From Escherichia coli (lineage in GTDB: Bacteria > Pseudomonadota > Gammaproteobacteria > Enterobacterales > Enterobacteriaceae), in assembly GCF_024223415.1 (NCBI RefSeq), contig NZ_CP100500.1: 64,000 bases of DNA, one strand, 5' to 3'. Made by a program: the position numbers and the translations under genes. Of the stretch, positions 48,366 through 60,574 are shown in pieces. The notes below the pieces were generated by a model. The model did no database searches, was not told the origin of the DNA, and saw nothing but the letters and a program-made list of their open reading frames with translations. The first letter of the stretch is position 1. Each line of letters starts with the position of its first letter.

Positions 48366-49192
48366 ATGTTAAAGAATTGACTCAATTTGCACGGGATATA
48401 CGTATCCAGACGCTTAAATCATTAACTCATCTCGGCTTCGGTCATTATGGTGGCAGCATGTCGGTTGTGGAAACGCTGGCAGTGCTTTATGGCGCTGTAA
48501 TGAAAATTGATCCTGCTGCTCCCGACTGGCCTGAGCGTGACTATTTTATCCTGTCCAAAGGACATGCCGGACCTGCTCTCTACAGTACTCTGGCGCTGAA
48601 AGGCTACTTTCCACTGGAAGAATTAAGCACCTTAAATCAGAACGGAACCCGCTTACCAAGTCATCCGGATCGGCTAAAAACGTGTGGTGTTGATAGCACC
48701 ACAGGATCGCTGGGGCAGGGGATATCCATTGCCGGAGGGATGGCGCTGTCGCATAAACTGGCGGGGCGCAAGAATCGGGTTTTTTGTATTGTCGGCGATG
48801 GCGAACTTAATGAAGGCCAATGTTGGGAAGCTTTCCAGTTTATCGCGCATCATCGTTTGAATAACCTCACTGTGTTTGTGGACTGGAACAAACAGCAGCT
48901 TGATGGTCAACTGGATGAAATTATTAATCCATTTGATTTGGAAGGAAAATTCCGGGCTTTCGGTTTTGATGTCGTGACAGTGAAGGGCGATGATATTGAG
49001 GGCTTGTTGAATGTAGTTAAACCTGTCCTGCCAGCTGAGGCCAGACCGAGAGTGGTCATTCTCGATAGCATTAAAGGGCAGGGGGTGCCGTGTCTCGAGC
49101 AACTCAGTAATTCTCATCACTTACGCCTCACAGAAGAGATGAAGGGGACGCTAAACGAAACAATTCGCCAACTGGAGGCTATGCATGATTAA
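48362..49192 (+). CDS. Transketolase, N-terminal (TPP-binding) subunit
   Basis: 'GHYGGSMS' and 'GDGELNEGQ' TPP motifs; overlapping start. Confidence 0.9.
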   Translation: MNVKELTQFARDIRIQTLKSLTHLGFGHYGGSMSVVETLAVLYGAVMKIDPAAPDWPERDYFILSKGHAGPALYSTLALKGYFPLEELSTLNQNGTRLPSHPDRLKTCGVDSTTGSLGQGISIAGGMALSHKLAGRKNRVFCIVGDGELNEGQCWEAFQFIAHHRLNNLTVFVDWNKQQLDGQLDEIINPFDLEGKFRAFGFDVVTVKGDDIEGLLNVVKPVLPAEARPRVVILDSIKGQGVPCLEQLSNSHHLRLTEEMKGTLNETIRQLEAMHD

Positions 49193-50138
49193 TCTCGCAC
49201 CGGCAGGACAAAAAGACAGCATTGAAATGCGCAAAGTTTATGCAGATTTTATCGCGCAACAGAGTAAAAACGTCAGTTCTGTCATTGCTCTTGAGGCTGA
49301 TTTAATGAGTTCCATGGCAATGGACAGCGTGGCGCAGGATTATCCAGATCACGTCATTAATTGCGGCATTATGGAAGCCAATGTTATCGGCACAGCTGCA
49401 GGGCTGGCCTTAACCGGGCGCAAGCCATTCGTGCATACCTTTACCGCATTTGCCAGTCGTCGCTGTTTTGATCAACTCTTTATGTCGCTTGATTACCAGG
49501 GCGCTAACGTCAAAGTTATAGCTTCTGATGCGGGTGTTGCTGCTTGCCACAATGGCGGAACACATATGTCATTTGAAGATATGGGAATTGTGCGCGGGCT
49601 GGCGCATTCGGTGGTGATGGAGATGACAGATGCCGTAATGTTCAGCGATATCTTGCGTCAACTCGTTGCACTGGAAGGATTTTATTGGATTCGTACCATT
49701 CGGAAGCAAGCAGCGAGTATTTACGCACCAGGTACAACCTTTACAATTGGCAAAGGGCAGGTATTACGTGAAGGTACGGATGTCACCTTAATTGCTAATG
49801 GCATTATGGTGGTGGAAGCCCTGGAGGCCGCACGTCAACTTGAGCTGGCTGGGGTAAGTGTAGCGGTGATTGATATGTTTACGCTCAAACCCGTTGATCG
49901 GATGTTAATTAAAAATTATGCCGAAAAAACAGGACGGATCGTAACATGTGAAAACCATAGTATTCATAATGGATTAGGTTCAGCGGTTGCTGAAGTGCTT
50001 GTAGAAACTTGTCCTGTGCCCATGCGTCGGGTGGGGGTTAAAGAGCGGTATGGCCAGGTTGGAACTCAGGACTTTTTACAGAGAGAGTACGGGTTAACCG
50101 CGCAAGATATTGTGGCGGCAGCCAGAGAGCTATTGTAA
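49185..50138 (+). CDS. Transketolase, C-terminal (pyrimidine-binding) subunit
   Basis: 317 aa; overlaps the N-terminal subunit gene by 8 nt; typical split-tkt arrangement. Confidence 0.9.
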   Translation: MINLAPAGQKDSIEMRKVYADFIAQQSKNVSSVIALEADLMSSMAMDSVAQDYPDHVINCGIMEANVIGTAAGLALTGRKPFVHTFTAFASRRCFDQLFMSLDYQGANVKVIASDAGVAACHNGGTHMSFEDMGIVRGLAHSVVMEMTDAVMFSDILRQLVALEGFYWIRTIRKQAASIYAPGTTFTIGKGQVLREGTDVTLIANGIMVVEALEAARQLELAGVSVAVIDMFTLKPVDRMLIKNYAEKTGRIVTCENHSIHNGLGSAVAEVLVETCPVPMRRVGVKERYGQVGTQDFLQREYGLTAQDIVAAARELL

Positions 50139-50244
50139 TTCATGGAGTTTGTTTACCATTCTGTTTTTCTTAAAAGTGAGTGTCTGTGCGGTCACTAAAC
50201 TCGGTAATAAAGCAGTTCATTGCAGGATAAGAAGCGTTTGGTTG

Positions 50245-50513
50245 TGTCGTTTTACCGTAAGAACCGACCGCCGTATGTAGCCATTAAGCCAGTATTGGTA
50301 ACGTAGGTGCCCACCTTTTCAAACTGGTGGACGCCTGTTATGGAGCAAAAACATTATCCGCAGAACCCCGCAGATCATTTTCAAATGAGTTAAACTTCAA
50401 ATGGTTAAACTGGTTTTGCAACCAGGAGCCTCTGTTGCCCGTATTGCCCGGGAACACGATATCAATGATAACCTCCTGTTCAAATGGCTCAGACTCTGGC
50501 AGAACGTAAGGTA
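50245..50513 (+). mobile_element. Truncated left end of an IS66-family element (IRL plus frameshifted tnpA 5' part)
   Basis: 'ACCGTAAGAACCGACCGCCGTATGTAGCC' parallels the IRL at 63470-63500. It translates to '...LQMVKLVLQPGASVARIAREHDINDNLLFKWLRLWQNV' and then ends. Confidence 0.7.
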
Positions 50514-50593
50514 AAGGGAGATGAAAAAGGCAATAGCAGAACTGAGTGACAGTGAAACCATTCTGGCGTACAGGGTTGGATGGTGAAACTGAT

Positions 50594-50626
50594 AAAAAAA
50601 CCCCTCTGAAAATTCTGTCAGAGGGG
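50594..50626 (-). terminator. Rho-independent terminator-like hairpin (minus strand)
   Basis: CCCCTCTGA (50601-50609) / TCAGAGGGG (50618-50626), with T7 on the minus strand (50594-50600). No convincing upstream gene. Confidence 0.4.
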
Positions 50627-51365
50627 TGTAGTCAATAAGGGTGTCATATTCAACATGAAGATGTCTTCTGGGAATGTTTACATAGCAAATGCTTTCACTC
50701 CGGTAATTAATTTCCGTGATTAACTGCTTTCGATCAATAAAGGAATTGCAAAAGTGTGATCTTGTTCACGACATTGTGGATGATAATATGCCTGATGTCT
50801 GAATCCGGAAACAGTGCTCTGGCGGGTTTCATGTGAAGTTGACGGATAAAAAATCCTCACGACCAGACAGACGTGCGGTTTACGAAATTCGTAACAAGAG
50901 GCTTTTCTACGGATCACGTGGTGCGTGCCACGTGAAATTTTTGTAGCGCAAAATGTGTGATGTGTAAATACAGGAAGGAAAAAAGTTAAATCGGTGGAAG
51001 TCCATACCTGCCACGTGTACGTCTGCATTCCTCGTTTTGAACAGAATTCTCACCAGACATCGTGAATTTCTCATTCAATCATCAGAGATATTAACCAGGA
51101 TTTTTATTGTTTTGTGATAGCAGTACTTTAAATGTTCAGATGCTAAAATAAGCGCGCTTATTATAATTATAGTTATGATGTTTTATCTGTATGTATTTTA
51201 ATGATTTTCGCGTCATTGCTTTTCTGCTGCTTAAATTGAGGGCGCATATTATACACAATAATATTCCTGGTATTATTAAATTAATAAAAGAGGATTCTTA
51301 TCACTGTATTTTTGCTCCGCACTACCGTTCTGGCTGGTGAAGTAATAATACAGGAGAATAACAGA

Positions 51366-52601
<1,236 letters not shown>

Positions 52602-52661
52602 CAGGTCAGGATTTAGATATCTGTCCCGGGGGAGTCCCCCGGGATATAATGAGGTACAGAG

Positions 52662-53117
52662 ATGCTGGATATAATCCTGGCGACGAGAGATATTTATTTT
52701 GAAAAAGCCCTGCGAGAGATATTTGGAACCGTAAGCAGTCGAATCAGATATATAGAAGATGCCATATCAGACAGAAGAAGGGTGCAGTCAGGCAGGTCAT
52801 TCAGATATTATTTTGTATTCTGTGATGATGAGTATACAGATATTGTTCGTATTCTTTTTACCGGAGAGGCCTGCTGTATTCTGAATAAGTCGATGCTGAA
52901 TCTGAGAGCGGCCGGAGGTGTGTTGACGCTGGAAGAGCGCAGAGCGGTACTGAACCGGTATTACAGAGGTTTAAGTATTGCGGAGATTACAGAAGAGACG
53001 GGGCAGAATGACAAGACGGTATACGGTCATCTTCGTCGTGCACTGCAGCGGTCTGGATTCCGGAAGGGGCGTTTTATAAAGGGGAGAGAAGCTGCGGGGG
53101 ATTCAGGTGTTGAATAA
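52662..53117 (+). CDS. Small HTH regulator (LuxR/GerE or sigma-70 region-4-like C-terminus)
   Basis: 'LTLEERRAVLNRYYRGLSIAEITEETGQNDKTVYGHLRRALQR'. Confidence 0.5.
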   Translation: MLDIILATRDIYFEKALREIFGTVSSRIRYIEDAISDRRRVQSGRSFRYYFVFCDDEYTDIVRILFTGEACCILNKSMLNLRAAGGVLTLEERRAVLNRYYRGLSIAEITEETGQNDKTVYGHLRRALQRSGFRKGRFIKGREAAGDSGVE

Positions 53118-53501
53118 TGTATCTTATATTGTGATATCGGTGCTGCTGCTGTTATTTTTTGTTGTATTTGTGACGAATGGTTAAGAATAAAACATGAGCT
53201 GGTGATTATCAGGACAGGTTGCTTGTATATGAAGATAACAAAGGCGGCATTTATTTTTGCGCTGTCAGTGTGGAGTGTTGCTGTGATATGTCTTTTATTA
53301 TTTGTACTGATTGTTCTGGGATAGCCATAGTGAAATAAAAAGCTGTCTGAATTAAATTATTTTGCACACATATTTTAATTCTGCACTGAATTCAGAATGG
53401 GTAATCAGTGACCGTCCTGACGGTCACTTTAAAGAAAAGGCATTTACACAGAATGGTAAACAGGTTAAGTCAGCAGAATATCACGGTTAGCACGATGGCT
53501 G

Positions 53502-53840
53502 TCATTCGGCCGATGAACAGTTGCTTAAGACAGGATTATCATTCCCTTCCACCAGATTGGCTTTTTTCCCTTTTGTGTACAGTTTATATGAGTATCTTTT
53601 ATTGATGGCTTCGTAATTGGCTCCGGAGGCCATTTTCATAAGCTGCATAGGTATCATCTCATCCATCTGATTAATCACTGCATATGAGTTCCCAGCAGTG
53701 GTGTTGATATAGACCACCTCCATTGTCTTATTTCCATTACAGACATAAGCTGTTTTTGAGATTTCTTTTGTGGCAGCGGAGGATACCATACTGCTGCTAA
53801 CAAGAATGAGTGCAAGGACGGGAGAAGAGTATTTTTTCAT
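53502..53840 (-). CDS. MliC-like periplasmic protein (C-type lysozyme inhibitor family)
   Basis: Signal peptide, 'YVCNG...ASGANYEA...SNC' Cys pair and an SGxxY core. Confidence 0.55.
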   Translation of the reverse strand: MKKYSSPVLALILVSSSMVSSAATKEISKTAYVCNGNKTMEVVYINTTAGNSYAVINQMDEMIPMQLMKMASGANYEAINKRYSYKLYTKGKKANLVEGNDNPVLSNCSSAE

Positions 53841-54049
53841 AATAACTCCTTCTGTAGGTTAAAAAAACAGGTGTTTGATCAGAATTATATTAATAATTCA
53901 TTCATCAGAAAAAAAGGTTTTTGTTATAGCAATAATAATGAGCACAATTGCTTGTGAAACTGGTGCCATTTTACGGTTGCTTAGGAGTGCTGAAACTGTG
54001 CCTGTTAGGGCACAGCTGGTGTGGTGGTCTCAGTACGGAACAATTTGAA

Positions 54050-54270
54050 AACCAGAACATCACTTAGGCTTGTGTCCACATTACATGGGGTAGGATCAGT
54101 ATTCCTCTATCAGGGGTAACTCGACCAGGCTGGCTGAGCTCTCGTTTTACTGCGAGTATCTATGCCCATTCAGCCAGTGTCAGCGCGAGAGTGTTAAATT
54201 CCGAGCCATTATCCATGCGCAGCATGACCGGATAACCATGATTTAGCCCCTGCCGAGCTAATCGGGTACT
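54050..54270 (-). pseudogene. Remnant of an IS3-family transposase OrfB
   Basis: The minus strand reads 'GLNHGYPVMLRMDNGSEFNTLALTLAEWA*' and then shifts frame. Confidence 0.5.
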
Positions 54271-54344
54271 GCATAGCACTCTCAATATGGAATAAGCGAT
54301 AATTATCGCTTATTCCCAGCAAAATATCATGCCTCATCGGTGCT

Positions 54345-55034
54345 TTACGAGGCGATCGCTGCGATAAAGCGTGTCGTTATCTGCTGCGGACGAGTGATTG
54401 CCCCCCCAACCACCACGGTATGAGCGCCTAATGTCAGGCAACGTGCGGCGCACTCCGGGGTGTCGACATTCCCTTCCGCCACGACCGGAACGCTGACCGC
54501 TTTCAGGACCTCACGTAAGAATCCACAGTCATTTTCCGCCAGCACATGCCTGGCAGTTTCTGCGGTATAGCCGTAGAGCGTAGTGCCCACACAGTCAAAA
54601 CCCAGACGTTCAGCTGTCACTGCCTCTTCTACTGTTGCTATATCTGCCATCAGAAGTATGGACGGGTAGCGAGCGCGGATCTGCGTGACCAGTTCTTCCA
54701 GCGTCTGACCACCAGGGCGCGGGCGCGCAGTAGCATCCAGGGCAATAATTTCCGGCTCAACGGTCATCAGCTCATCCACTTCCCGGAGAGTGGCCGTGAT
54801 AAACACCTCACTGCCAGGGTAATCGCGTTTGATAATCCCTATCATCGGAAGGGAGACAATCTCTTTGATAGCACTAATATCCGCCACGCTGTTGGCACGG
54901 ATACCTGCAGCACCACCTTGTGCTGCCGCCAGCGCCATACGTGACATAATAAACGGACTATGTAGAGGCTCATTTTCCAGAGCCTGACAGGAGACGATTA
55001 ATTTACCTTTCAGGGAATCCAGTACAGTTTTCAT
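54345..55034 (-). CDS. nanE: N-acetylmannosamine-6-phosphate 2-epimerase (NanE family)
   Basis: '[41 protein letters not shown]'. Confidence 0.85.
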   Translation of the reverse strand: MKTVLDSLKGKLIVSCQALENEPLHSPFIMSRMALAAAQGGAAGIRANSVADISAIKEIVSLPMIGIIKRDYPGSEVFITATLREVDELMTVEPEIIALDATARPRPGGQTLEELVTQIRARYPSILLMADIATVEEAVTAERLGFDCVGTTLYGYTAETARHVLAENDCGFLREVLKAVSVPVVAEGNVDTPECAARCLTLGAHTVVVGGAITRPQQITTRFIAAIAS

Positions 55035-56590
55035 TACGATAAAATCTCTTCGACTTCGTTTTTAATGATGGTGACATGAGGGCCATAAATCACCTGAACG
55101 CCGTTGCCGCGAATAATCACGCCACGCGCTCCGGCCACTTTCAGCGCAGCTTCATCTACCTTACTGCTCTCTTTAACCGTCACGCGCAGGCGCGTGGCGC
55201 AACAGTCCACCTCTTCCAGATTCTCTTTGCCTCCCAGCCCGGCAATGACTGCCGCTGCGCGTTCACTCTGAGGCTGGCCGGATTCAACCTGGGTTACGTT
55301 CTCACGCCCCGGCGTCAGCCAGCCAAAGCGGTTAATCAAATAGCGGAAAGTAAAGTAGTAAAGGAAGAACCACGGTATTCCCACTATGGGGACATACATC
55401 CAGTTTGTTTTAGCTTCCCCCTGCAACACGCCGAAGAGAAGGAAATCGATAAGCCCGCCCGAAAAGGTTTGCCCAATAGTGATATGTAAAATATGGGCGA
55501 CCATAAACGCCAGACCATCGAAGAAGGCGTGAATTACGTATAATACGGGCGCGACAAACAGGAAGGAGAACTCAACAGGCTCAGTGATTCCCGTCAGGAA
55601 AGAGGTCAGGGCTGCTGACAAAAGTAGTCCGGCGACAACCTTTCTATTCTCCGGCTTTGCAGTATGGTACATTGCCAGACATGCGCCAAGCAGGCCAAAC
55701 ATCATGGTGATAAAGCGCCCGGACATAAAGCGAGCGGTACCCGCGTAGAACTGCTGCGTATTCGGATCGGCAAGTTGGGCAAAGAAAATCCGCTGCGTAC
55801 CTTCAACCAACTGGCCGTTGACGATTTCACTGCCGCCCAGCGCCGTCGTCCAGAACGGCAAATAAAAGATATGGTGTAAACCCAGTGGACCAAGCATACG
55901 CAGGATGAAGCCGTACAACAGCGTCCCCAGATAGCCCGTCGCATCCACCAGGTCGCCCAGTCCAAAAATGAGTTTCTGGAAATGCGGCCACACCACCGTC
56001 ATAACCGCACCCACTACTATCGCGGCAAGGGAGCTGATAATGGGTACAAAACGAGAACCACTAAAAAAACCGAGAAACTGAGGTAGTGAGACTTTATTGA
56101 AACGGCTATGTAAAGTGCAGGTGACGAGACCAATCACCACCCCACCAAACACACCAGTTTCCAGTGTCTGAATACCAAGCGTCATCCCCTGGCCAACTGA
56201 AGCGGGGTTCTTGTGCGCCAGCGTTCCGTTGAGCGTTAATAAGGCGTTGATGGTGGCATTCATCACCAGAAACGCCAGCAATGACGCAAGCCCGGCAGTG
56301 CCTTTATCCGATTTCGCCAGCCCCACGGCGACGCCGACTGCAAAGAGTACCGACAGGTTGGCAAACACAATAGAACCTGCGCTGGTCATGATTGTGAATA
56401 TTGCCTGCAACCAGTCGGCATCTAAAAACGGATAAGCCGTCAACGTGTTTGGATTTGACAACGCGCCACCAATCCCTAATAACAGCCCTGCTGCGGGCAA
56501 TACCGCAATCGGCAGCATGAAGGATTTTCCGAACCGCTGCGCTTTTTCAAACCATCCCCCCGATGAAGCGCCGCTAAACATTTGCATCAT
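55034..56590 (-). CDS. PTS EIICB permease, glucose/GlcNAc family
   Basis: Polytopic EIIC followed by the EIIB motif '[12 protein letters not shown]'. AGGAG lies 9 nt upstream of the ATG at 56590. Confidence 0.85.
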   Translation of the reverse strand: MMQMFSGASSGGWFEKAQRFGKSFMLPIAVLPAAGLLLGIGGALSNPNTLTAYPFLDADWLQAIFTIMTSAGSIVFANLSVLFAVGVAVGLAKSDKGTAGLASLLAFLVMNATINALLTLNGTLAHKNPASVGQGMTLGIQTLETGVFGGVVIGLVTCTLHSRFNKVSLPQFLGFFSGSRFVPIISSLAAIVVGAVMTVVWPHFQKLIFGLGDLVDATGYLGTLLYGFILRMLGPLGLHHIFYLPFWTTALGGSEIVNGQLVEGTQRIFFAQLADPNTQQFYAGTARFMSGRFITMMFGLLGACLAMYHTAKPENRKVVAGLLLSAALTSFLTGITEPVEFSFLFVAPVLYVIHAFFDGLAFMVAHILHITIGQTFSGGLIDFLLFGVLQGEAKTNWMYVPIVGIPWFFLYYFTFRYLINRFGWLTPGRENVTQVESGQPQSERAAAVIAGLGGKENLEEVDCCATRLRVTVKESSKVDEAALKVAGARGVIIRGNGVQVIYGPHVTIIKNEVEEILS

Positions 56591-56755
56591 TTTATCATCT
56601 CCTCGATTTTTGATGAAAATTTTCACTATAATTATTCTTATAAATAAAAATCACCATCAAAATCTAAGAAGTCGATCATACTTTTTTAAAATGTCTGGCA
56701 TCAATCCCCTCCTTTCCGTCACACTATCAACAGATAAACGCATTAAGGATTTTAC

Positions 56756-57580
56756 ATGTCAGAAAATGAAAACCTGCTGCTGAGATTGCGCCAGAGCGTT
56801 GATGGATATAGCCGAACACAACAGAAGCTGGGAGAGTTTGTACTTAGCGATCCGGCAAAAGTTGTCTACCTGACGATTACCGAACTTGCGCGTGAAAGCG
56901 GCACCAGCGAGGCTAGCGTCACACGTCTGTGCCGAACGCTTGGGTGTAAGGGCTATAACGAATTCAAAATGGCGCTGGCACTCGATCTCCGACAAGTACA
57001 GTTTGTAGAGCACGGCGGTGATGAGATTGACAATGTGGTCAATGAATCCGTGCAAGCAATACAGGACACAGCAAAATTACTCGACAGAACCTTGCTGGAA
57101 GCAGCCGCGCTTGCACTGCATCAGGCTCAGTCAGTGCAGATTTATGGCGTAGCAGCCAGTGCCATTCTGGGGGAGTATTTACATTATAAACTCCTGCGTC
57201 TGGGGAAACCCGCACAATTGTTCAGCGATATGCATCGTGCTGCCATGAACGCCACAACACTTAGTAAAAACACGTTCGTGGTGGCGATTTCCAGTTCTGG
57301 ATCCACGCGCGATCTGCTGCATGTCGTAAAACTAGCGCGTAAGCAAGGTGTGCGTGTACTGGCGCTGAGTAATACACCGCGCAGTCCGTTATCTTCGCTG
57401 AGTGATATTCAACTGGTCGCGGCCAAACCGGAAGGACCCTTGAGTGCCGGCGCGCTGACTGCCAAAGTGGGAGTGATGCTGTTGGTAGAGCTACTCACCA
57501 CATCGCTGATTGCGCTGGATGACCAGTACAGCGAGGTGAGCCAGAAAACAGCCAGCGCGACCCTACCGCTACTGCTTTAA
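56756..57580 (+). CDS. RpiR/MurR-family regulator (HTH_6 + SIS)
   Basis: N-terminal HTH 'LTITELARESGTSEASVTRLCRTLG' and a SIS domain 'VVAISSSGSTRD'. Divergent from nanE-PTS. Confidence 0.85.
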   Translation: MSENENLLLRLRQSVDGYSRTQQKLGEFVLSDPAKVVYLTITELARESGTSEASVTRLCRTLGCKGYNEFKMALALDLRQVQFVEHGGDEIDNVVNESVQAIQDTAKLLDRTLLEAAALALHQAQSVQIYGVAASAILGEYLHYKLLRLGKPAQLFSDMHRAAMNATTLSKNTFVVAISSSGSTRDLLHVVKLARKQGVRVLALSNTPRSPLSSLSDIQLVAAKPEGPLSAGALTAKVGVMLLVELLTTSLIALDDQYSEVSQKTASATLPLLL

Positions 57581-57672
57581 AGACATAAAAAACCGCCGAA
57601 GCGCTGGGTGCTCCCCATGAATCAGTGATAATAAACCAACATCATATTCTGGTAGGTTCTGGCGAGGTGATT

Positions 57673-57700
57673 AAAAACGGTGCTCAGCACCGTTCGTTTT
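57673..57700. terminator. Bidirectional rho-independent terminator between convergent genes
   Basis: AACGGTGC tca GCACCGTT stem flanked by an A-run (left) and 'CGTTTT' (right). Confidence 0.65.
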
Positions 57701-57736
57701 AAAATTAGCGAGGAGTATCGTAAGATGCTCTTCCCC

Positions 57737-59080
57737 CTACTTCAGAAAATCCTTCACATCCAGTAGAATAAACTCGTTGTCATCCGCCATATTAGGCCAG
57801 CGGCTGGAGGAAAACGGGAAGTTATTATCGTTGCCTACGATGATGTGGTTAGTGTCAACCACATCCACGTTCTCGATGGTGAAGAACGGGAAGGTCAGCA
57901 CACCGTCGTTCAGCGGCTTGCGTGCCAGCTTGTTCGGATCCTGAATCTTCATCAGGTCAATATAGCCCAGTTTTTCGACAGGTTTTCCGACGTTAGTGTC
58001 CGAGAAAGCAATTTTATACACCCGTTTGAACCTGGCTACTTGACTGAAGCAGTTGTTGGTCGGCGCGCCGGCGACGCAGGCTTTATCCGCCGTGCCTTCG
58101 CCGTTATCACGCTCGATCACCAGTCCGTGGGTATCATCTATCATATTGAAGTCGCCGATGGCGTTCTGGTTGTCTTCCAGCACGTACTGCCAGCTGCGAC
58201 CAGTCCAGGCCTGCTGTTTGGCATCGAACTCCAGCACACGCAGGTAGCGTTTTCCGCCAACGTTCTCGAACTGCTCACCGTCCCACAATGCCCCTTCCAG
58301 CAGCGGATACAGCTTACTGCCGTCCGGCGAGATGGCCATGCCTTCAAAGCCTTTGGAACGCGCCACCTGGAAGTTCAGCTTACCGTCCGGAGCGCTAGGT
58401 AGAGTCAGCGTCGGGTTGTCCGGCGATTTAACCACCTTACCGTCCACTTCTGTGTCGAACACCGCCAGCACCTTGCCGTTCAGGTCGGTCTTGATCAGGT
58501 AAGGACCGAACTCATCACCGATCCATAAGGCATCGTCGGAAAACTGGAAGCTTTCCGGATCAAAATCGCTGCCGGTCAGATAGCGTAGTTCGGTGCTCTC
58601 GTTGATGATGTGGAACGGCACCTTTTTATCCGGATCATGCAGGAACAGCGTCTTCAGCGGTACTACCGAGCCGTCTTTGAAATCTATCTTGTATTGGTTG
58701 AGGTACAGCATGGCGTCCGGGGAGTTGGCTTTGCTGCCGAAGCCATTGTCAGTCAGCACCCAATAGGTACCGTCGGGCATGTGTTTGATACCTGAGTGGC
58801 CCTGCAACGGCTGACCATTGATCGGCAGGCTGAGTCCTGTCAGGCGTTCTGCGGATTTGCCCGCTACGCTGCCCAGCTCGGTGACGCGTTTGCCGCTGGT
58901 GTATTTGCCGCTCTGTTGCAAATCGCCCGGCGCATCCTTCGGTGTTGAAACAGCGGATTTTGCCGGCAGAATTGCATGCCCGGCCAGCGTTGCCTGCACC
59001 GGCTGCGCTTTGGCCCACAGGTTGGCGCTCAGAGCCATGCAGCCAACCAGTATAGCCAGCCGGATTTTGGAGTTGTGCAT
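57737..59080 (-). CDS. Secreted phytase-like esterase family protein
   Basis: Signal peptide 'MHNSKIRLAILVGCMALSANLWA'. Beta-propeller-like repeats. Family assignment is from memory. Confidence 0.5.
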   Translation of the reverse strand: MHNSKIRLAILVGCMALSANLWAKAQPVQATLAGHAILPAKSAVSTPKDAPGDLQQSGKYTSGKRVTELGSVAGKSAERLTGLSLPINGQPLQGHSGIKHMPDGTYWVLTDNGFGSKANSPDAMLYLNQYKIDFKDGSVVPLKTLFLHDPDKKVPFHIINESTELRYLTGSDFDPESFQFSDDALWIGDEFGPYLIKTDLNGKVLAVFDTEVDGKVVKSPDNPTLTLPSAPDGKLNFQVARSKGFEGMAISPDGSKLYPLLEGALWDGEQFENVGGKRYLRVLEFDAKQQAWTGRSWQYVLEDNQNAIGDFNMIDDTHGLVIERDNGEGTADKACVAGAPTNNCFSQVARFKRVYKIAFSDTNVGKPVEKLGYIDLMKIQDPNKLARKPLNDGVLTFPFFTIENVDVVDTNHIIVGNDNNFPFSSSRWPNMADDNEFILLDVKDFLK

Positions 59081-59438
59081 GTCATACTCTCCTTTCGTTG
59101 TTATCGCCCAGAAGTAAAACTAACGTCATTGTAGGGAGCAGAAATGACAGAAATATTATGATTACGGTAGGGATAGCCGTTGCCGGCTTCCCCGCCATGT
59201 CAACGCCGGTATTTATGGTTTCTGTTTGCTTTTCTGTAAAAATAAAGGGGAGAGACGACGGTACTATAAACAACCATGATGAATCTCATCTATTCGGCCC
59301 AGATGAAAGACGCGAGTGAGGCTCTTGTTCGTTAAGCGGATACGTATATCCTGTACAATAATCAGATATACCTCACGGGGTCTAACACTTTATCATCAAC
59401 GAGTTGCAGATCAGATAGTCATACGGTTGCTGCGTGCT

Positions 59439-60440
59439 TTAGCTGGCTGAATACAGCCTGAAATCATCACCGTAATGACATGATGCCCAGCACAGCCTTA
59501 CCTTTCTGGCGGCGATGGCCACAACAGCGCGTCAGTATTCTCTGCGTTCAACCAGTGAACAGACCCAACGACTGAATGAGTCAGTCCTTTTCTCAGCACC
59601 AATCAGTACTGAACGAGCCCCCTGAACCAGAAGCATTCGCAGATACGAATCACCGGCTTTTGTTATCCTGCCCAGCTTCGACATTCAGCCGCTGCTGTAT
59701 TGTGATAGCGTCAGCCCAGCCAGGCTGCCAGTTGCCGTCCCTTTTTAAAATCATGTGCATTACCGATACAGGCAACCAGCGCACAGGCTGTTGTGGGACC
59801 AACTCCTTTTAGCTCCATCAGCTGTTTAATACGGATATCATCCCTTGCAGCCTCATGAAGACGGTGGTCATGAGACGATATGAGTTCATTTTACTCTGAC
59901 AGTTCGCACAACAAACGGATGAAGGGTCATTCCACTGCCCCTGGACAGTATTCCCTGCTGGATTTTACGCACGTGCCTTATCCCCACAGGCAGCAGCAGA
60001 CCAAATTCACTCAACAGCCCCCGGATTTCATTACGCAACGCCGTTCGCTCGCGGATGATTCTGGCCCGGACCCGGTATTCTTCCTGTAACGTCTGCTGGG
60101 ATTCCGATATGAAAACAACAAATCGCATGCCGGGCCTGCTGACGGCCTCACAGATGGCAGCTGCATTATTAGCGTCGTTTTTGTTACCTTTGAGATAAGA
60201 TTTGACAAGTTTCTACGGAATAATGCGCACGGTAGGCCCCATACGGAATGAGTTCCCGTGTCCAGAATGGGAAGAGCCACAGACTTCGATGCTGATGAGG
60301 CAGGGAGAAATCCCGGAGAAAAACGTCATCATGTGGGGAGGGCTCAGCGTTTTTCTCCGTACCACTATTCATTGTGATCAACGCCGTGGATTTGAAAAAC
60401 ATTTTTCGGCAAGATCGAAACCAATACGATTAATATTCAT
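59439..60440 (-). pseudogene. IS110-family transposase/recombinase gene with multiple stops and frameshifts
   Basis: 'MNINRIGFDLAEKCF...*...EVCGSSH...KGNKNDANNAAAICEAVSRPGMRFVVF...LMELKGVGPTTACALVACIGNAHDFKKGRQLAAWLG' spread over three frames. Confidence 0.75.
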
Positions 60441-60574
60441 GACTGACTTCTCCACCAGGGAACTGGGTACATCTCAGTCTGGAACGTTGATGCCGTAAGG
60501 AGGAAGATGTCAATCACATCGGCCTACACGCGATGTTAGCTCAGATAGGCGAAACGTATCCGACATTACACTGG

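Noticed and set aside
50720-51028. 102 aa minus-strand ORF upstream of the terminator-like hairpin
   Set aside because: It is rich in Cys, His, Trp and Thr with no RBS. It lies in the AT-rich promoter region of the adhesin and is probably not coding.
57845-58402. 185 aa plus-strand ORF inside the phytase-like gene, and 60869..61414 inside ugpB
   Set aside because: They are antisense shadows of well-supported genes.
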